DNA of 64,000 nucleotides from Eledone cirrhosa (lineage: Eukaryota): assembly GCA_964016885.1 (NCBI GenBank), contig OZ024748.1, positions 1,116,001-1,180,000 of the forward strand, given 5' to 3'. Below the pieces are notes generated by a model. That model ran no database searches and had not been told where the DNA came from. It saw only the letters and a list, made by a program, of their open reading frames with translations. Both the position numbers and the translations under genes were made by a program. Below, one piece after another: positions 28,404 through 43,014 of this stretch; the first letter of the stretch is position 1, and the number at the start of each line of letters is the position of its first letter.

Positions 28404-28993
28404 TGGATTGATATAGCAGTTTAACAGCAGTAGGTGTTATGGTTGAGGTAAGTAATCTGGAAAGACGAGTTGATAAATAAATCAATCATTTCGGCCAGGT
28501 AAAATAATGAAAAAGACTTCTTTTCACGTGACAAATGGAAACGAGCAAAGCAGCCGACACTACGTTTCTCTAGCAGCCGACACTAGCTTCGTTTAGCTGC
28601 CGACACTTATTTTCTCTAGCAGAAGATTAAAATTTAACAATAAAGGTACAAAAACAAATACTAAAATATATAATGAAAATGTATAAAATAACTAACATTA
28701 CAAAGAGAACAGATTATAAATGTTTGCAACTAAAATTGTTCCATGGTGTTTGGCAGATGAACAATAAATTTCAGAGAACTTATTTGCCTGAGAATGGTTG
28801 TTGTTGTAGTTATTGTAGTTGTTGTTGTTTTTTCTGCCATTATTACTAATTTTTTTTTTACTAGATTTTATTTATGTTGTTTTCTCACCACCACCATCAC
28901 CATCATCATCGTCATTACTTTCGTTATTTCCTTATTTCGATAGGTTTTGTATAATTTTCGTCATAAAACTGCAGGTAGGCTCCCATAAAAGTA

Positions 28994-29031
<38 letters not shown>

Positions 29032-29175
29032 TCTTTCCAGATTACTTACCTCAACCATAACACCTACTGCTGTTAAACTGCTATATCAATCTAAGTCTAT
29101 ATATATATATATGTATGTGTGTATATATATATATATGTGTGTGTGTATGTATGCATGTGTATATATATATGTATG

Positions 29176-29215
<40 letters not shown>

Positions 29216-29353
29216 TATATACATATATATATGTGAGTATGTATGCGTGTCTGTGTGTGTATAATTATATACACATACATATATATGCTTGTTTCTTTGT
29301 TTTTGATCATTTTGCCACCAAAAACTTCTGAAACATTTGAGTGTTTAACCTAT

Positions 29354-29467
<114 letters not shown>

Positions 29468-30449
29468 CTATCTATCTGTGTGTGTGTGTGTGTACAATGT
29501 ATAAAGGAATTCGTAAATCAACATTATCCTCCTAAGCTTTGGTTGAGAATGGTAACCGACACCATTATATAAATTTCAATTGAAGAAACAATAACAACAA
29601 TAATCACTCTACAAACAAGCACAAGCATCCCAATAACAACGGCTGTAACAACTGCAACGGCCATTCAACAACAACCACAACAACAATAATCACATAGACA
29701 CAGACAAAAATAAAACAAAACAATTGCCACCACACCACCACCATCATCACCACACCACCACCACACCACTATCACCACACCACCACCACACCACCAACAC
29801 CGCACTACCATTACAACACCAGCAACACCACCACACCAGCAACACAACGTCAAGCATTGCACCACTACGCCACCACCACCACACTACTACCACCACGCCA
29901 CCACACCACCATCACCACCATCACCACCACTAACACCATCACAACAACAAGTACTGCAACAGTAATACCATTTTTTTTCTTCTGGTTGAAATTGAAAATT
30001 GAATGTGTAAAAAAGTTTAGAGGACATCTTGAAAAATCTTGAAAAAAAAAAGAAAAAATGGCAACAAAAACTAGTGTTAAAACGCGTTTATTAACGTTAA
30101 CCTTCTAATGTGAAAATACGAGATTTGGAATAGATGAAGCTGGTGATAACTATCCTTCGATATTAGAAAGGATTCTCAATGTAAATGGTGGCACTGCTTG
30201 TTAACGGTGTCTGATTAGAATAACAGAATCTCTGACGGATTCCATCGCTAATTTCTAGAACTTAATTCGAAGCCCAACTTTTACTGGACAATAAATAAAC
30301 ACACATACATACACATAAACGTATATATACACTCACACACATAAACACATACACTCACACGCTGATAGGCATATACACATATACAACCTCACATGTATGC
30401 CCATATAGACATGCATATATATATGTATATGTATATATATGTGTGTGTG

Positions 30450-30552
<103 letters not shown>

Positions 30553-30989
30553 GCGTTCACACATACAGACACACACATGTATACACTCACAGGTTTGTAC
30601 ACACATACACTGGTATATATATACATACATACAGGCGTATACACGCACGCAATGAAACACATAAGCACATACACGCACATACACACGGTTACATACACAA
30701 TTACATATATATGGTTTCGGTGGTCATCTATAAAACTCATCTCTTATAACGTTGCTTCATTAACGAGATGTATTGTCACCGCCATATTGTAAAGGTATGA
30801 CGTCACATCTTATACAATATGGTCCACTGGTGAATTGTTCGTCGGCCTTGAATTCACGTATTTTTTCTATTTGTGAGATTGACTGCTATTGCATCTGATT
30901 GTGTTCGTGTATAACTTTGGATTCGTGCATATATGTTTATGTTCAAATTAAGAGGATTGACGGTCTTGATAAATATATATATATATGTG

Positions 30990-31032
<43 letters not shown>

Positions 31033-31159
31033 TTAAGGTAAATATTGATGCAATTCAATTCAAGCACTCAACGTGCTTTTTCCACAAAGGAGTGACCGAG
31101 TATATTTAGAATAAGAAAATGCGAAGTAGTTTCAGATGTTAAAGTCCTCTAATGATAAT

Positions 31160-31218
31160 GCTGTGATACATATGTCAATGACTTCGGTGTACCCAGTGCC
31201 GTGACATCATCAGACAGC
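31160..31218 (-). ncRNA. Hammerhead motif with a GAAA>GACA core change, in fold-back element 31118-31415
   Basis: Reverse complement: GCTGT CTGATGA ... GACATATGTATC ACAGC (stem I GCTGT/ACAGC). The inverted arm at ~31353 keeps GAAATATGTATCACAGC. Confidence 0.65.
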
Positions 31219-31474
31219 TTCTTACATAATAAGGTTATGGTTCCGAGGCAATTCAAATTGAATCGACAAGGGAACGGACAAAGCGGGTGCTCTTTAATCC
31301 TTCGCCCGTTCCCTTGCGAGTCCCAATTGGGTGTGCGGCCACTGTCGCCATTGAAATATGTATCACAGCATTATCATTAAAGGACTTTAACATCTAAAAC
31401 TAATTTGCATTTTCTTATTCTATGTGTATATATATATATATATATACACATATATATATATATATATATACATG

Positions 31475-31608
<134 letters not shown>

Positions 31609-31807
31609 AATGGAGGCGGTAAAAACCAGTTAGAACATTACTCACCAGAGTTCTCGATACTTGGGGTAGTAGAGTGGGTAATATGAACAATTTGGGAGTA
31701 GTTCGGATTTAGCTGTTGAAACGGCCGAAGCTCAGCCGTCGGGGGCCCGAAGTTTCCACACACGCTCACACTCACACACACTCACACACATACACACACA
31801 CACACAG

Positions 31808-31905
<98 letters not shown>

Positions 31906-31908
31906 ATG

Positions 31909-31941
<33 letters not shown>

Positions 31942-32155
31942 ATGTATATATATATATATATGTGTGTGTGTATGTATGTATATATATATGTGTGTGTGTG
32001 TGTATGTGTATGTATGTATATACCGAGAACAGGGATAGGTTTCAGTATTGTGATCGTCACAGAAGTTGTCAGATCGAATCACTTGCGATATTCTTTTGGC
32101 TCGGCCTGAATCACTTCAAAACCCCACCGAGCTTAGGTTTGCCTTTCTTCCTTTG

Positions 32156-32203
<48 letters not shown>

Positions 32204-32403
32204 ATACGACCGAGGTTCCTGTAAAGAATTTTTAAAAAAAGATAAAAAATGAAAAATATTCTCATAGATACATTTTCAGTGATTTTGGTTTATTGACAAA
32301 TCTTTCATGTGATGGAATATCTGAGTAGTGTGTGGTGGTGGTGGTGGTGGTGGTGGTAGTGGTGGTGGTGGTGGGAATGGATGGATGATTTGGTGGTGAT
32401 AGG

Positions 32404-32519
32404 TCACATAATCATCATGGCTATGCACAAACTGTATATGATACACTGGAACGACATCTGAAGACGTTGAGAATCTGCAAGTATAGTTGCCATTGTCAAG
32501 TCTACTGGAACCTGGCCAC
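32404..32519 (-). CDS. CNTN: Contactin-like terminal exon encoding a GPI-signal-type tail
   Basis: Acceptor TTTGTTGGTTGTAG; the phase-1 join to ..FTLG gives GGQVPVDLTMATILADSQRLQMSFQCIIYSLCIAMMIM*, ending in a hydrophobic C-terminus. Confidence 0.8.
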
Positions 32520-32723
32520 CTACAACCAACAAATACATTAAATGCAGTGGAGTATATAGTTCAAACTTCAGTAAATAATGTTAAACAGACCACCAAATAA
32601 TTAATTAAATATTCATAAATATATAAATACCTTATAACATCAACATCAAAGTACAAATATCTAAAATTAGAATTAAGAAGGCAAATTTCTAAAAGAGACA
32701 CTAGTTGTTTGTACTCTATAGAG

Positions 32724-33791
32724 AATTGTTTCTACTTTTGGCACAAGGCCAGCAATTACTCAGTACACTACTGGTACTTTATTTTATCGACCCCGTAAGG
32801 CTGAAAGGCAAAGTTAACCTCGACGGGATTTGATCTCAGACCGTAAAGGGACGTAACTATGCTAGAAAGCATGGCGTCCAACCCTAGAAAGCGTCCACCC
32901 CTCTACCGATACTGCCAATTCACCGCCCTATAGATAATGAACACAACCACAAGAATATGGTCCGAACGTGGAAGAGCCGAACTCCCACTGTCATCGCCTC
33001 CATCTCTTTCGACCTCCCCATCACTCTGTATGGTGAGCAAATGGGGTCCCAAGTGCTGGCCTCCCCACAACCCCGGTGGACAGAATGGAGAAGGTGTTTT
33101 CCCGGAGGATGGTGACGGAGATACATTAGAAATTATTTATCGGCGAATCGTTGGCGACGTTGGAGCCAGGATCGGTGCTGGCCAACTAGGCAGATCCCTA
33201 GGGGCGCAGACCTCAAAGGGTGACAGGTTTATACAAATTTGTATTGTATAAATGACTTAAATATGGTTTCTGATTTAGGCACATGGCCAACAGTTTTGGG
33301 GGAGGGGAAGTCGATTAATCCACCCCAGTGCGTTACTGGTACTTCATTTATCGACCCCGTAAGGATGAAAGGCAAAGTTAACTTCGGTGGGATTTGAATG
33401 ATTTCCTGTGATTTTCAACATATACGCAACAAGTTAAGGAATTACCCCAAGTATTCCACTGGTGCTTTTTGTAAACTTCGACTTCATTGGGATCAGAACT
33501 CAGCCCTCTGAACTTCTTCGACGATATACGTATTCTAGTTTATGACCAAGAATTTGCTCTTGATTTTACAAGATTTAACGTGATTTTGCTTTTTTTTTTT
33601 AATTTTCGAGTGTGTTTTGTCAAAAAAAGAAAAATGTTGCTATTTTTAAAATAATTTCAAAAACGAAAACTCCCAAAAAAACATGCTTTCTAAGCCGGAA
33701 AGTTTTACAATGTTTTATTGTGGTTGGCACTATTATTGTTGTTGTTGTGTTGCCTTTTATCTTTTGTTCACCCAGTCTATGTATGTATGTG

Positions 33792-33889
<98 letters not shown>

Positions 33890-34500
33890 CACATATATAT
33901 ATATATCAAGAGAAATATGTTGATGTGTTTACAGTTGAGTTTGAACGTTAACATCTGGTAACTCGGAGTCAAGCGAAGGAGAAAAACCTGTTGAAAATAT
34001 ATATAAAATATTAACAATCACAACATTATAAAACTTTACTGACAATCGACACAATATAGAACGGCTGTGTTAAGTGTTATTGTTTGTCATCTTATTATTG
34101 TTACTATTAGTCATAAGTAGGCTGGTGGATTTGCAGTGTCGGTAGAGGGTCAGATGCCATGTTTTGACGCATAGAGTTGTGGCCCTTTCCATTCTGAGTT
34201 CAATTCCCGCCCAAGTTAGCTTTGCTTGTCATCCTTACAGGGTCGATAAGATAAAGTACCAGTAAGGTACTGGGGTCGTTTTAATTGACTTTCCACTCCT
34301 CAAAAATTGCTGGCCTTCTGCCTAAATCAGAAACTATTATTAACCATAATGAGAGCGATGGATTGGCAGAATCAGTAGAGCGTCGAGCAACAGTGTTGGC
34401 CTTGTGCCTAAATTGATAGGATCGGTAGAGTGTCAGAGGAAATGCTTTGCGGTATTTAACCTCGTCTCATTGCATTCTGAGTTCAAATCCCACGACTTTC
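32724..34500. mobile_element. Meta-domain SINE copies: 32724-32928 (-), 33264-33400 (-), 34118-34340 (+), ~34355-34500 (+ fragments)
   Basis: Same diagnostic motifs; copies in opposite orientations within the last contactin intron. Confidence 0.8.
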
Positions 34501-34899
34501 GGCGTCAACAAGGACAATTTAAGCAGATTATTCTGGGAGACTTTCAGCTAGGGGATTGTAGACAATTTCCAAAAATTCCTGGCTTGGCTGTGTTACATGG
34601 GAGGCGAGGGAGGCGGTAATTACCAGTTCATGACAAGCTCTACTGATGCAGAAGCCTTGACAGTGGAACTTACCTGAGATGTAGACAGGGTGACGAAACT
34701 ATCCTGCATACTATCGGCTAGTGTTCGTGCATTGCAGACTTGAGAGCGTGTACTGGACAACTGTTACCACATGTAGGTCAGATCCGGCTATTGGCCGAGT
34801 CTCTAGTAAATATTAAACAGCCAGCTTACTTTAGAAAGGTGTCGCGGAAAGTCTTCCTCTGTCTGGTAGCTATGGTGAAAGAATCTATATGCTGGGTAA

Positions 34900-35192
34900 C
34901 AGGGCTGGATTTATTGAGGCGGAGGGGCCGAATGCCCTAGGAATCGCTTGTTAAACAGGGGCCCCTCTAGGAACTACCATATCCCCCCAAAACCTGAACT
35001 GTACGGTGGGTACCAGGGCTGGATTTATCGAGGGCGGGGAGGACGAATGCCATAGGAATCGCTAGTCAAAAAGGGTCCTCTCTAGGAACAGCCATGCCCC
35101 CCCCCAAAAAAAAACAGAACTGTATGGTGGGTACCAGACTGGGTTATCGAGGGGTGGAGGGGGCGAATACCCTAGGAATCGCTTATTAAACC
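34900..35192 (+). repeat. ~115-bp tandem repeat (~2.5 copies), possibly a MITE end
   Basis: CAGGGCTGGATTTAT..GAGGGG.CGAATGCCCTAGGAATCGCT recurs at ~34900, 35014 and 35134. Confidence 0.7.
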
Positions 35193-35660
35193 TTCAATAA
35201 TTTCCTGAACCCCTCGAGGAGAAAGGTGGAGATAGATGAGAATATTTCAGGATTTATTTATTGATGGTAGGAATTTATCATATATGTCAGTTAATTGTAC
35301 ATATTTACATGAAGCTGTCATCCATTAAGGTTCAGTAATGCGCCTTAGGCAGCTGCCAAGTAGGCCTTAAGGTTAGCACCAGGCCTACACCTACAGTGCT
35401 CCACACTTTTGAATCAACATGTGGTTAACATGGGAATTGAAACAGAGACTAGTTGGTGTGTATTTCATACAAAAACACTGTTTTCGCGACTAAGTATGGC
35501 GTTTGTTGTTGTTGTTATTGTTTTTTATCTTGCTTTTTTTTTCTTTTTCGTGAAGGTTCAGTTATTTTAAACACACGTCAACTGTTAACAGATGGACACG
35601 TGCAACAGTGTACATATTATATATTGTATTGTATTGTGTATGTATATATATGTGTGTGTA

Positions 35661-35705
<45 letters not shown>

Positions 35706-35763
35706 TTATGTATATATATATTTATATATATATATTTATGTAAATATACTATATATATATGTG

Positions 35764-35929
<166 letters not shown>

Positions 35930-35932
35930 CAC

Positions 35933-35988
<56 letters not shown>

Positions 35989-36042
35989 TCCCCTCTGTAT
36001 TCTGGTAGTAAGAAAAATATAACGCGACGAATAAATTTAACA

Positions 36043-37097
36043 ACACACCACACTACACTACACTACACTACACCACATTACACTACACCACACTACACCA
36101 CATTACACTACACTACACCACACTACACCACACTACACTACATTACACTACACCACATTACACTACACCACACTACACCACATTACACTACACTACACCA
36201 CGCTACACCACACTACACTACATTACACTACGCTACATTACACTAAACTACATTACACTACACTACACTACATTACACTACATTACACTACACAACACTA
36301 CACTACACTACACTACACTACACTACATTACACTATACTACATTACACTACATTACACTATACTACATTACACTACACAATACCACACTACACTACACTA
36401 CACCACACCACACTACACTACACTACTCTACATTACACTACACTACTCTACATTACACTACACTACATTACACTACACTATATTACACTACACAACACCA
36501 CACTACATTACACTACACCAGACTACACTACATTACACTACACTACATTACACTACACTACATTACACTACACTACACTACATTACACTACACTACTCTA
36601 CACTACACTACATTACACTACATTACACTACACAACACCACACTACACTACATTACACTACACAACACCACACTACACTACACTACACCACACCACACTA
36701 CACTACACTACACTACATTACACTACACTACACTACATTACACTACACTACATTACACTACACTACACCACACACTACACTACACCACACTACACCACAC
36801 CACACTACACCACACTACACTACACGACACAGCACCACTCTACACTACACCACACTACACTACATTACACTACACTACACTACACTACACTACATTACAC
36901 TACACAACATTACACTACACTACACCATACTACACTACATTACACCACACCACACTACACCACACTACACTACACTACACCACACTACACTACACTACAC
37001 TACACTACACTATACTACACTACCATACTACGCTACACTATACTATACTACACATCACCACACAACACTACACTACATGACACCACACTACATTACA
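36043..37097. repeat. (CTACA/TTACA/CCACA)n pentanucleotide satellite
   Basis: Seen directly. Confidence 0.95.
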
Positions 37098-37142
37098 AAT
37101 AACTGGAGGAGGGTTTCCTTACAAATGTGTATTTATGCAGTA

Positions 37143-37205
<63 letters not shown>

Positions 37206-37340
37206 GGTGGTGGTGGTGGTGGTGGTAGTAGTAGTAGTAGTAGTAAATGAATAACGATAACACAGATGAACAAATGACAGGATAGTTTAGTCAGATTGTG
37301 ACTAAACATTGCAAAGACGAAGACAAAAACGAAGTATATA

Positions 37341-37394
<54 letters not shown>

Positions 37395-37635
37395 CCCGAC
37401 CTCATTGAGTGCTTTGCTGCTCATTCTTAATTGTAGGTCGTTAGCTTGGCCACAGCCAAAGCTTCGATTTTACTAAGCTTCCATTTGTATATATATATAT
37501 AAACATGAAGTATAAGTCAATCCTGTTGACTTATAAATATAGTTCGGCGGAGTAAACAGATCCACCTGCGCACTTCGTCGAGTGCTCTACCCTGCATATT
37601 GAAGCGTCGATGATTAACTAACACATACTCGAATT

Positions 37636-37684
<49 letters not shown>

Positions 37685-38639
37685 TTCGCTTTTGTCATAC
37701 ATATATATATATATATATAGTATATATATATAGAGAGAGAGAGAAAGCGAGAGATACACAGCCGTGTGGCTACTACTAGAGGGCTTAATTGACTTGTAAT
37801 ACAGGTGAGGCCATTCTTTAAGTGCTCTGAACTCTTAGAAAGTATTTTTCACTAAGTTCATTTAAGTGCAGCTAAATTTATTTTTGCACCATTAAAATTC
37901 TAAAAGAAAACACTAGGGACCCATTTCTGTGTGTGGAGGCACTCGCATGTGTGTGTGTGTGTCTGTGTGTGTGTGGTGTGTGTGTGTGTGGTGTGTGTGG
38001 TGTGTGTGTGTCTGTGTGTGTGTGGTGTGTGTGTGGTGTGTGGTGTGTGTGTGTGTGGTGTGTGTGTGGTGTGTGTGTGTGTGTGTGTGTGCGATGTGTG
38101 TGGTGTGTGTGTGTCAGTCTGTGTGTGTGTGTGTTGTGTGTGGTGTGTGTGTGTGTGTGTGTGTCTGTGTGTGTGTGTGTGTGTGTGTCTGTGTTCTACC
38201 ATCTCCTACTACCACCCTCCTTCCCCGGCTACCCTCTGTGTTATCATTCCTTTATTCTTTCTCTTCTCATCCTCTTCTTCTCCTACTTCATGTATCGATC
38301 TATCGATCTACCCACCTAACCTGCCAGCCAGCCAGTCAGTCAGGGTGACCGCCAACACGGACAGTCAGACAATCCAATATGTCCGTCATGACCATCTGCT
38401 TTAGGCAGTCAAATAACCCAATGTCTGCGAGATGGAGTGACTCTTCCAGCGCATCTCCCTTACCACCAGGGAAACGCCTTCTCCATTCTGTCCGCGGGGG
38501 CTATGGGGCGGCCAGCACGTGGGACCCCAGGGAGATCGGGAGGGCCTGAGAGATGGGGGCGATGACGTTGGGAGTTCGGCTCTTCCGTGTTCGTACACAT
38601 TGCACCTGTCAAGTTGAGTATATTTTTATACTGATATAT

Positions 38640-38812
38640 AAACTGGGATTAACACCGGCCTGACTAGCCTCCTAGTTTGACACAAACTTTAACCCTGCGA
38701 AGGACTGGCGTCCTGTCCAGGGGAGAGGAGAGTCTTGTACTCTCAGTCATTTCACGCCACAAAACTGGGATAAACTCCGGCCTAACAAGCCCCCTATCTT
38801 GAGACATACTTG
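38640..38812 (+). mobile_element. SINE 3' tail (L2-partner-like); inverted copy at 41507-41645
   Basis: AACCCTGCGAAGGACTGGCGTCCTGTCCAGGGGAG...ACTCTCAGTCA..CACGCCACAAAACTGGGATAAACTCCGGCC. Confidence 0.7.
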
Positions 38813-39606
38813 TGACGAACATTGTCAATTCCTATTTATAGTTTGAATCCTTAGAAAGCAACTCTAACTTACAGTAACATCTCCTTCAGTTCTTGCAACA
38901 ATCTTATTTTCAATGGGAGTGTTGAAGTGGTCCCTCGACATGCAATAAATAGTAGCCAAAATTCCTTTATTTTAATCCCAGCTTCCGTGTTCTTTATGCT
39001 AGTTTGTTGCCCTCTTCTCCTTTTCTTTCCCTTCTTTTCTTCCCAAATCCTATTTACATCGTTCTAGTGCTTTGGTGCTGAGAGCTGAAACGAACACCAT
39101 TTTAACAACTCTGTCCGTTAGTCCCCCCAACAAACAATAACATACATACATTTGAAGGTTTTTTTAAGTGGGGAAAAGCCTTGCACTCGACCAATCCCAC
39201 TCTTTGAGCATCGGAAACACTACATACGTACATACATATACGCATATACACATATACACATACCTACATTCAAACGAGATATCATTAAGAAATTCAATGA
39301 CAAACTATATTGTAACTTCCGCTCTATAAATATCCAAATTTTGAAGATGTATGAGTAGGGCAAATCTTAAAATAAACTTATATACACAATAACCTCTTAT
39401 TCTTTCTCTCAATATAACTAATTATAACCTAACATCACCAGATATAACCGGTGAAGGCGTGTGGTCTTGCGATTCCACTGCTTACGACCATATGGTTATC
39501 GTTGTGATTCCCACACAAGATGGCGCCACAGGTCCTTGAGAAAACACAACATTTCATGGTATTCCAGGTCAGATAAAACAAACAAACAAACAACAAATAA
39601 ATACCG

Positions 39607-39789
39607 ATGGCTGCAACAGTCGGCGTTCTTGGCCCCCTTCTACTCACTACTATCGCGGATGAGTTGCTTACAGGTAGGAGCGAACCCCACCAGTTGAAAT
39701 GGCTGCTCCACAGCGTCACCCTCACCATCCTCCGAGGCTACGTCCTCTCCAATATATCTGCTGGGACTACGAGGCGGATCATCCTTTAA
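39607..39789 (+). mobile_element. CRE-clade LINE C-terminal fragment
   Basis: VGVLGP..LLTTIA....EPHQLKWLLHSVTLTILRG..LS resembles the CRE C-terminus GVLGP...EPRE..WL.QR.S.AI.RGN. Confidence 0.6.
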
Positions 39790-39880
39790 ACGAGAGTGAA
39801 GTTGTCTGTATGCAGACGATCCAATGAGAATCAACACATTTAATACGTAGGTGTTTGGGCTACTGCTTGTTTTCATCATG

Positions 39881-40292
39881 AAGCATTAAGAGAAGGATTT
39901 TATCCAGGTATTTACGATCGTTTCATTGGTAAGTGCAACCTTATATTGCTATACTGCAAATAGCAGCCACTCAATTATAATTGTTGTTCACGTCCAAATT
40001 TTCAAAATAGTGAGTGAGTTACTCTTGAAATAGTTCTTAATATATAGAGAAAAACATTTTTTTGGAATTGTATTTACTAGTATAGATAGAGTGGAAGAGG
40101 AATTAGAAGGTGAGGGGACAAACGTAATAGTATAGAGAGAGGGGAAGGGGGAGAAGAGTTAGGAAGTAGAGTGACAATGTGAGATGGAGGGAGGGGTAGA
40201 GGTGGAAGGATTCCTTTATCAGTTTTGATATGTGGACTTCATGTCGTGGAATGTAGTGAGTTAAAGAAAATTAAATTGATCATAGTGGGATG

Positions 40293-40372
<80 letters not shown>

Positions 40373-40578
40373 AGATATAAAGCGATAAATATATATCTAT
40401 ATCTATATATATATCTCTATCCATCCCTGGATAGTAAATATATATCTATATCTATCCATCCTTGGACGTGAACAACAATTATAATTGAGTGGCTGCTATT
40501 TGCAGTATAGCAATATAAGGTTGCACTTACCAATGAAACGGTCGTAAATACCTGGATAAAATCCTTTACTTAATGCTT
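39881..40578. repeat. ~115-bp inverted repeat pair (39881-39997 and 40462-40578) containing a hammerhead 3' half
   Basis: Arms are near-identical and contain GAAACGRTCGTA (palindromic stem III, GUA). Confidence 0.8.
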
Positions 40579-41115
40579 ACCTGTGTTTTCGCTTTTATAC
40601 TTTATACTCCAAGATTGAACGGAATTCTTACAAACTTGTGGAGTTACCCCTAACCTTACGTTGAAACCATATATGAAACTGGCTTTCTTAACCACGAACT
40701 GGATCACAATAAGCAATGTTCTGCTTCCCTAACTATATATATATATATATGGATAGATATATATATATATTCACCAATACAGGCATATATATATATATAT
40801 ATATATGCATGTATTGGTGCTTTATTTCTCTCAAGGGGTTTTTGTTTTCTAATTTTTCTGTCTTGTTGTTATGTGTGTGTGTGTGTATGTACATGTGTGT
40901 GTGTGCGTGTGTGTGCGTGTTTATGTGTGTGTGTCTGTGTCTGCGTATTTCAATCATTTATTTTTATTTGTTATGTCCGAAAATCTTGCAGCAGATTTTA
41001 AACATTCCAGCAAAGTACTTGATTTTGATGAGTCAGCAGGAAAGGGGAACAATGGATATTTTTTTATTTTATGCACACACCTGCATGTCTGCCTCCGCCT
41101 ATATATATATATATT

Positions 41116-41175
<60 letters not shown>

Positions 41176-41278
41176 AACACACACACACACACATATATAT
41201 GTATATATATATGTATATATATGTATATGTAGATAAACATATATATGTATGTGTATGCAAATCTGACTTTAATTACTT

Positions 41279-41328
<50 letters not shown>

Positions 41329-42346
41329 TCCATTCTTGTTTATTTGCTGAGTTAGCTATAATGTACTCCATATTTAAACTGGACGGATTTAGTTATTTTT
41401 TCAACAAACAAAAATCCAATTCTATATATACCCGAACGAGGGTATGAATTCCGAGGTTGAGCTTCAAATTAAAACTTCAGAACGTAAAGTCTAAAGTCTG
41501 TCTAAAACTAGGAGGCTTGTTAGGCCGGAGTTTATCCCAGTTTTGTGGCGTGAAGTGACTGAGAGTACAAGACTCTCCTCTCCCCTGGACAGGACGCCAG
41601 TCCTTCGCAGGGTTAAACCCTCCAGCTATTGCTGTTACTCATTTGAACCTAGAATGTAAAGATCCTTATCTAACACCCCCACCACCACCATCACCATCAC
41701 TACACCCCACCACCACTACCATCATATCTACCACCTCCACCATCACCATCAAGACAACCACCATCACCACCACCACCACAACCATTACCACAACCATCAC
41801 ACCAGACACAATCAAGGTAGTATTAGTGCAAGGGAAATAACTTCTGTCTCTACAAGTGTAAATTGACAGCTCGAAAAAATAGAAACAGCAGAACTTCATG
41901 ACACAGGAAGTCAACATCCTTAGGATCCCTAGGATCCCTAGGATCCTCAGGAGCCCGTGGGGCCTCTCGTATATTTCTATATTTCTAAACACGTAAAATG
42001 CAAATCTTTCTCAAAAGTCCTGCTTTAGAGGCCCTGGACAACGGGACAGTCTCTACACGGTCTCTTGATCTGCTAGAAACAGCAGCCAAAATTACCTTTT
42101 TCTTTTCTCTTTTTTTAAAGACTACAGGTTGTAGCTAGAAGAAGGTTTTGGTTGCTATTTCTAACAGGTCAAACAAAGGAATATGAAGACTCTTTTGTTA
42201 GGCAGCCTTTTGTTCTAGGGATTGAATTTGTGATTGTCAGTTTAGGAATCATTCCTCATATTTATAGTGCTACAACTGTCATGGAGGTGGGTTGCCAGAA
42301 GAGTGTCGGTACTCATTCCCACTCTACTGTCTGAGTTCTTAGGTGC

Positions 42347-42400
<54 letters not shown>

Positions 42401-42568
42401 ATAGCTGTTGAAACGGCCAGAGCTCAGCCGTCGGGGTCCTGAATTTGTTCATATTACCCACTCTACTACCCCAAGTATCGAGTATTCTGGTGAGTAATGG
42501 TCTAGTTGGTTTTTACCACTTCCAATCTGATATATATGTTTATATAGATGTTTATATAGATGTTTATA

Positions 42569-42607
<39 letters not shown>

Positions 42608-42615
<8 letters not shown>

Positions 42616-43000
42616 AATAACAGATTAAAGTTTAAGCAAAGAATCGCTGCTTTCACCCTTAACGGGATCTTCTGAAACTAACAAAGTCAATCTGTAAACG
42701 CAGAACTGGATATTTCAAAAAACGTTGCAACCGGAGGAAGACAGGAAGATGATACTTTGGTTCGTGGAAACGTTCCCTGGCAAAGAACGGGAAAAAACGA
42801 ATATAATACGTCATTAGTAGGAGCGGTGAAAAACAATTAGTTTCAGAAGATCCCGTTAAGGGTGAAAGCAGCGATTCTTTGCTTAAACTTTAATCTGTTA
42901 TTTTAATAAATATTTGCTCTACGGTTCTTATATATTTGATATATATTTATCCTTATCGAGCCCTCTTTGGATTTTAGTCTTCAAATTTATTATTATTACT
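42608..43000. mobile_element. Fold-back element; family also at 56897-57055 and ~63000-63250
   Basis: TTAAAATAACAGATTAAAGTTTAAGCAAAGAATCGCTGCTTTCACCCTTAACGGGATCTTCTGAAACTAA is inverted at 42837-42908. Confidence 0.8.
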
Positions 43001-43014
43001 ATATATATATATAT

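Noticed and set aside
34620-34900. Possible CRE RT-region fragment (GQLLPHVGQIRLLAES)
   Set aside because: The similarity is too short and degenerate to assign without a profile search.
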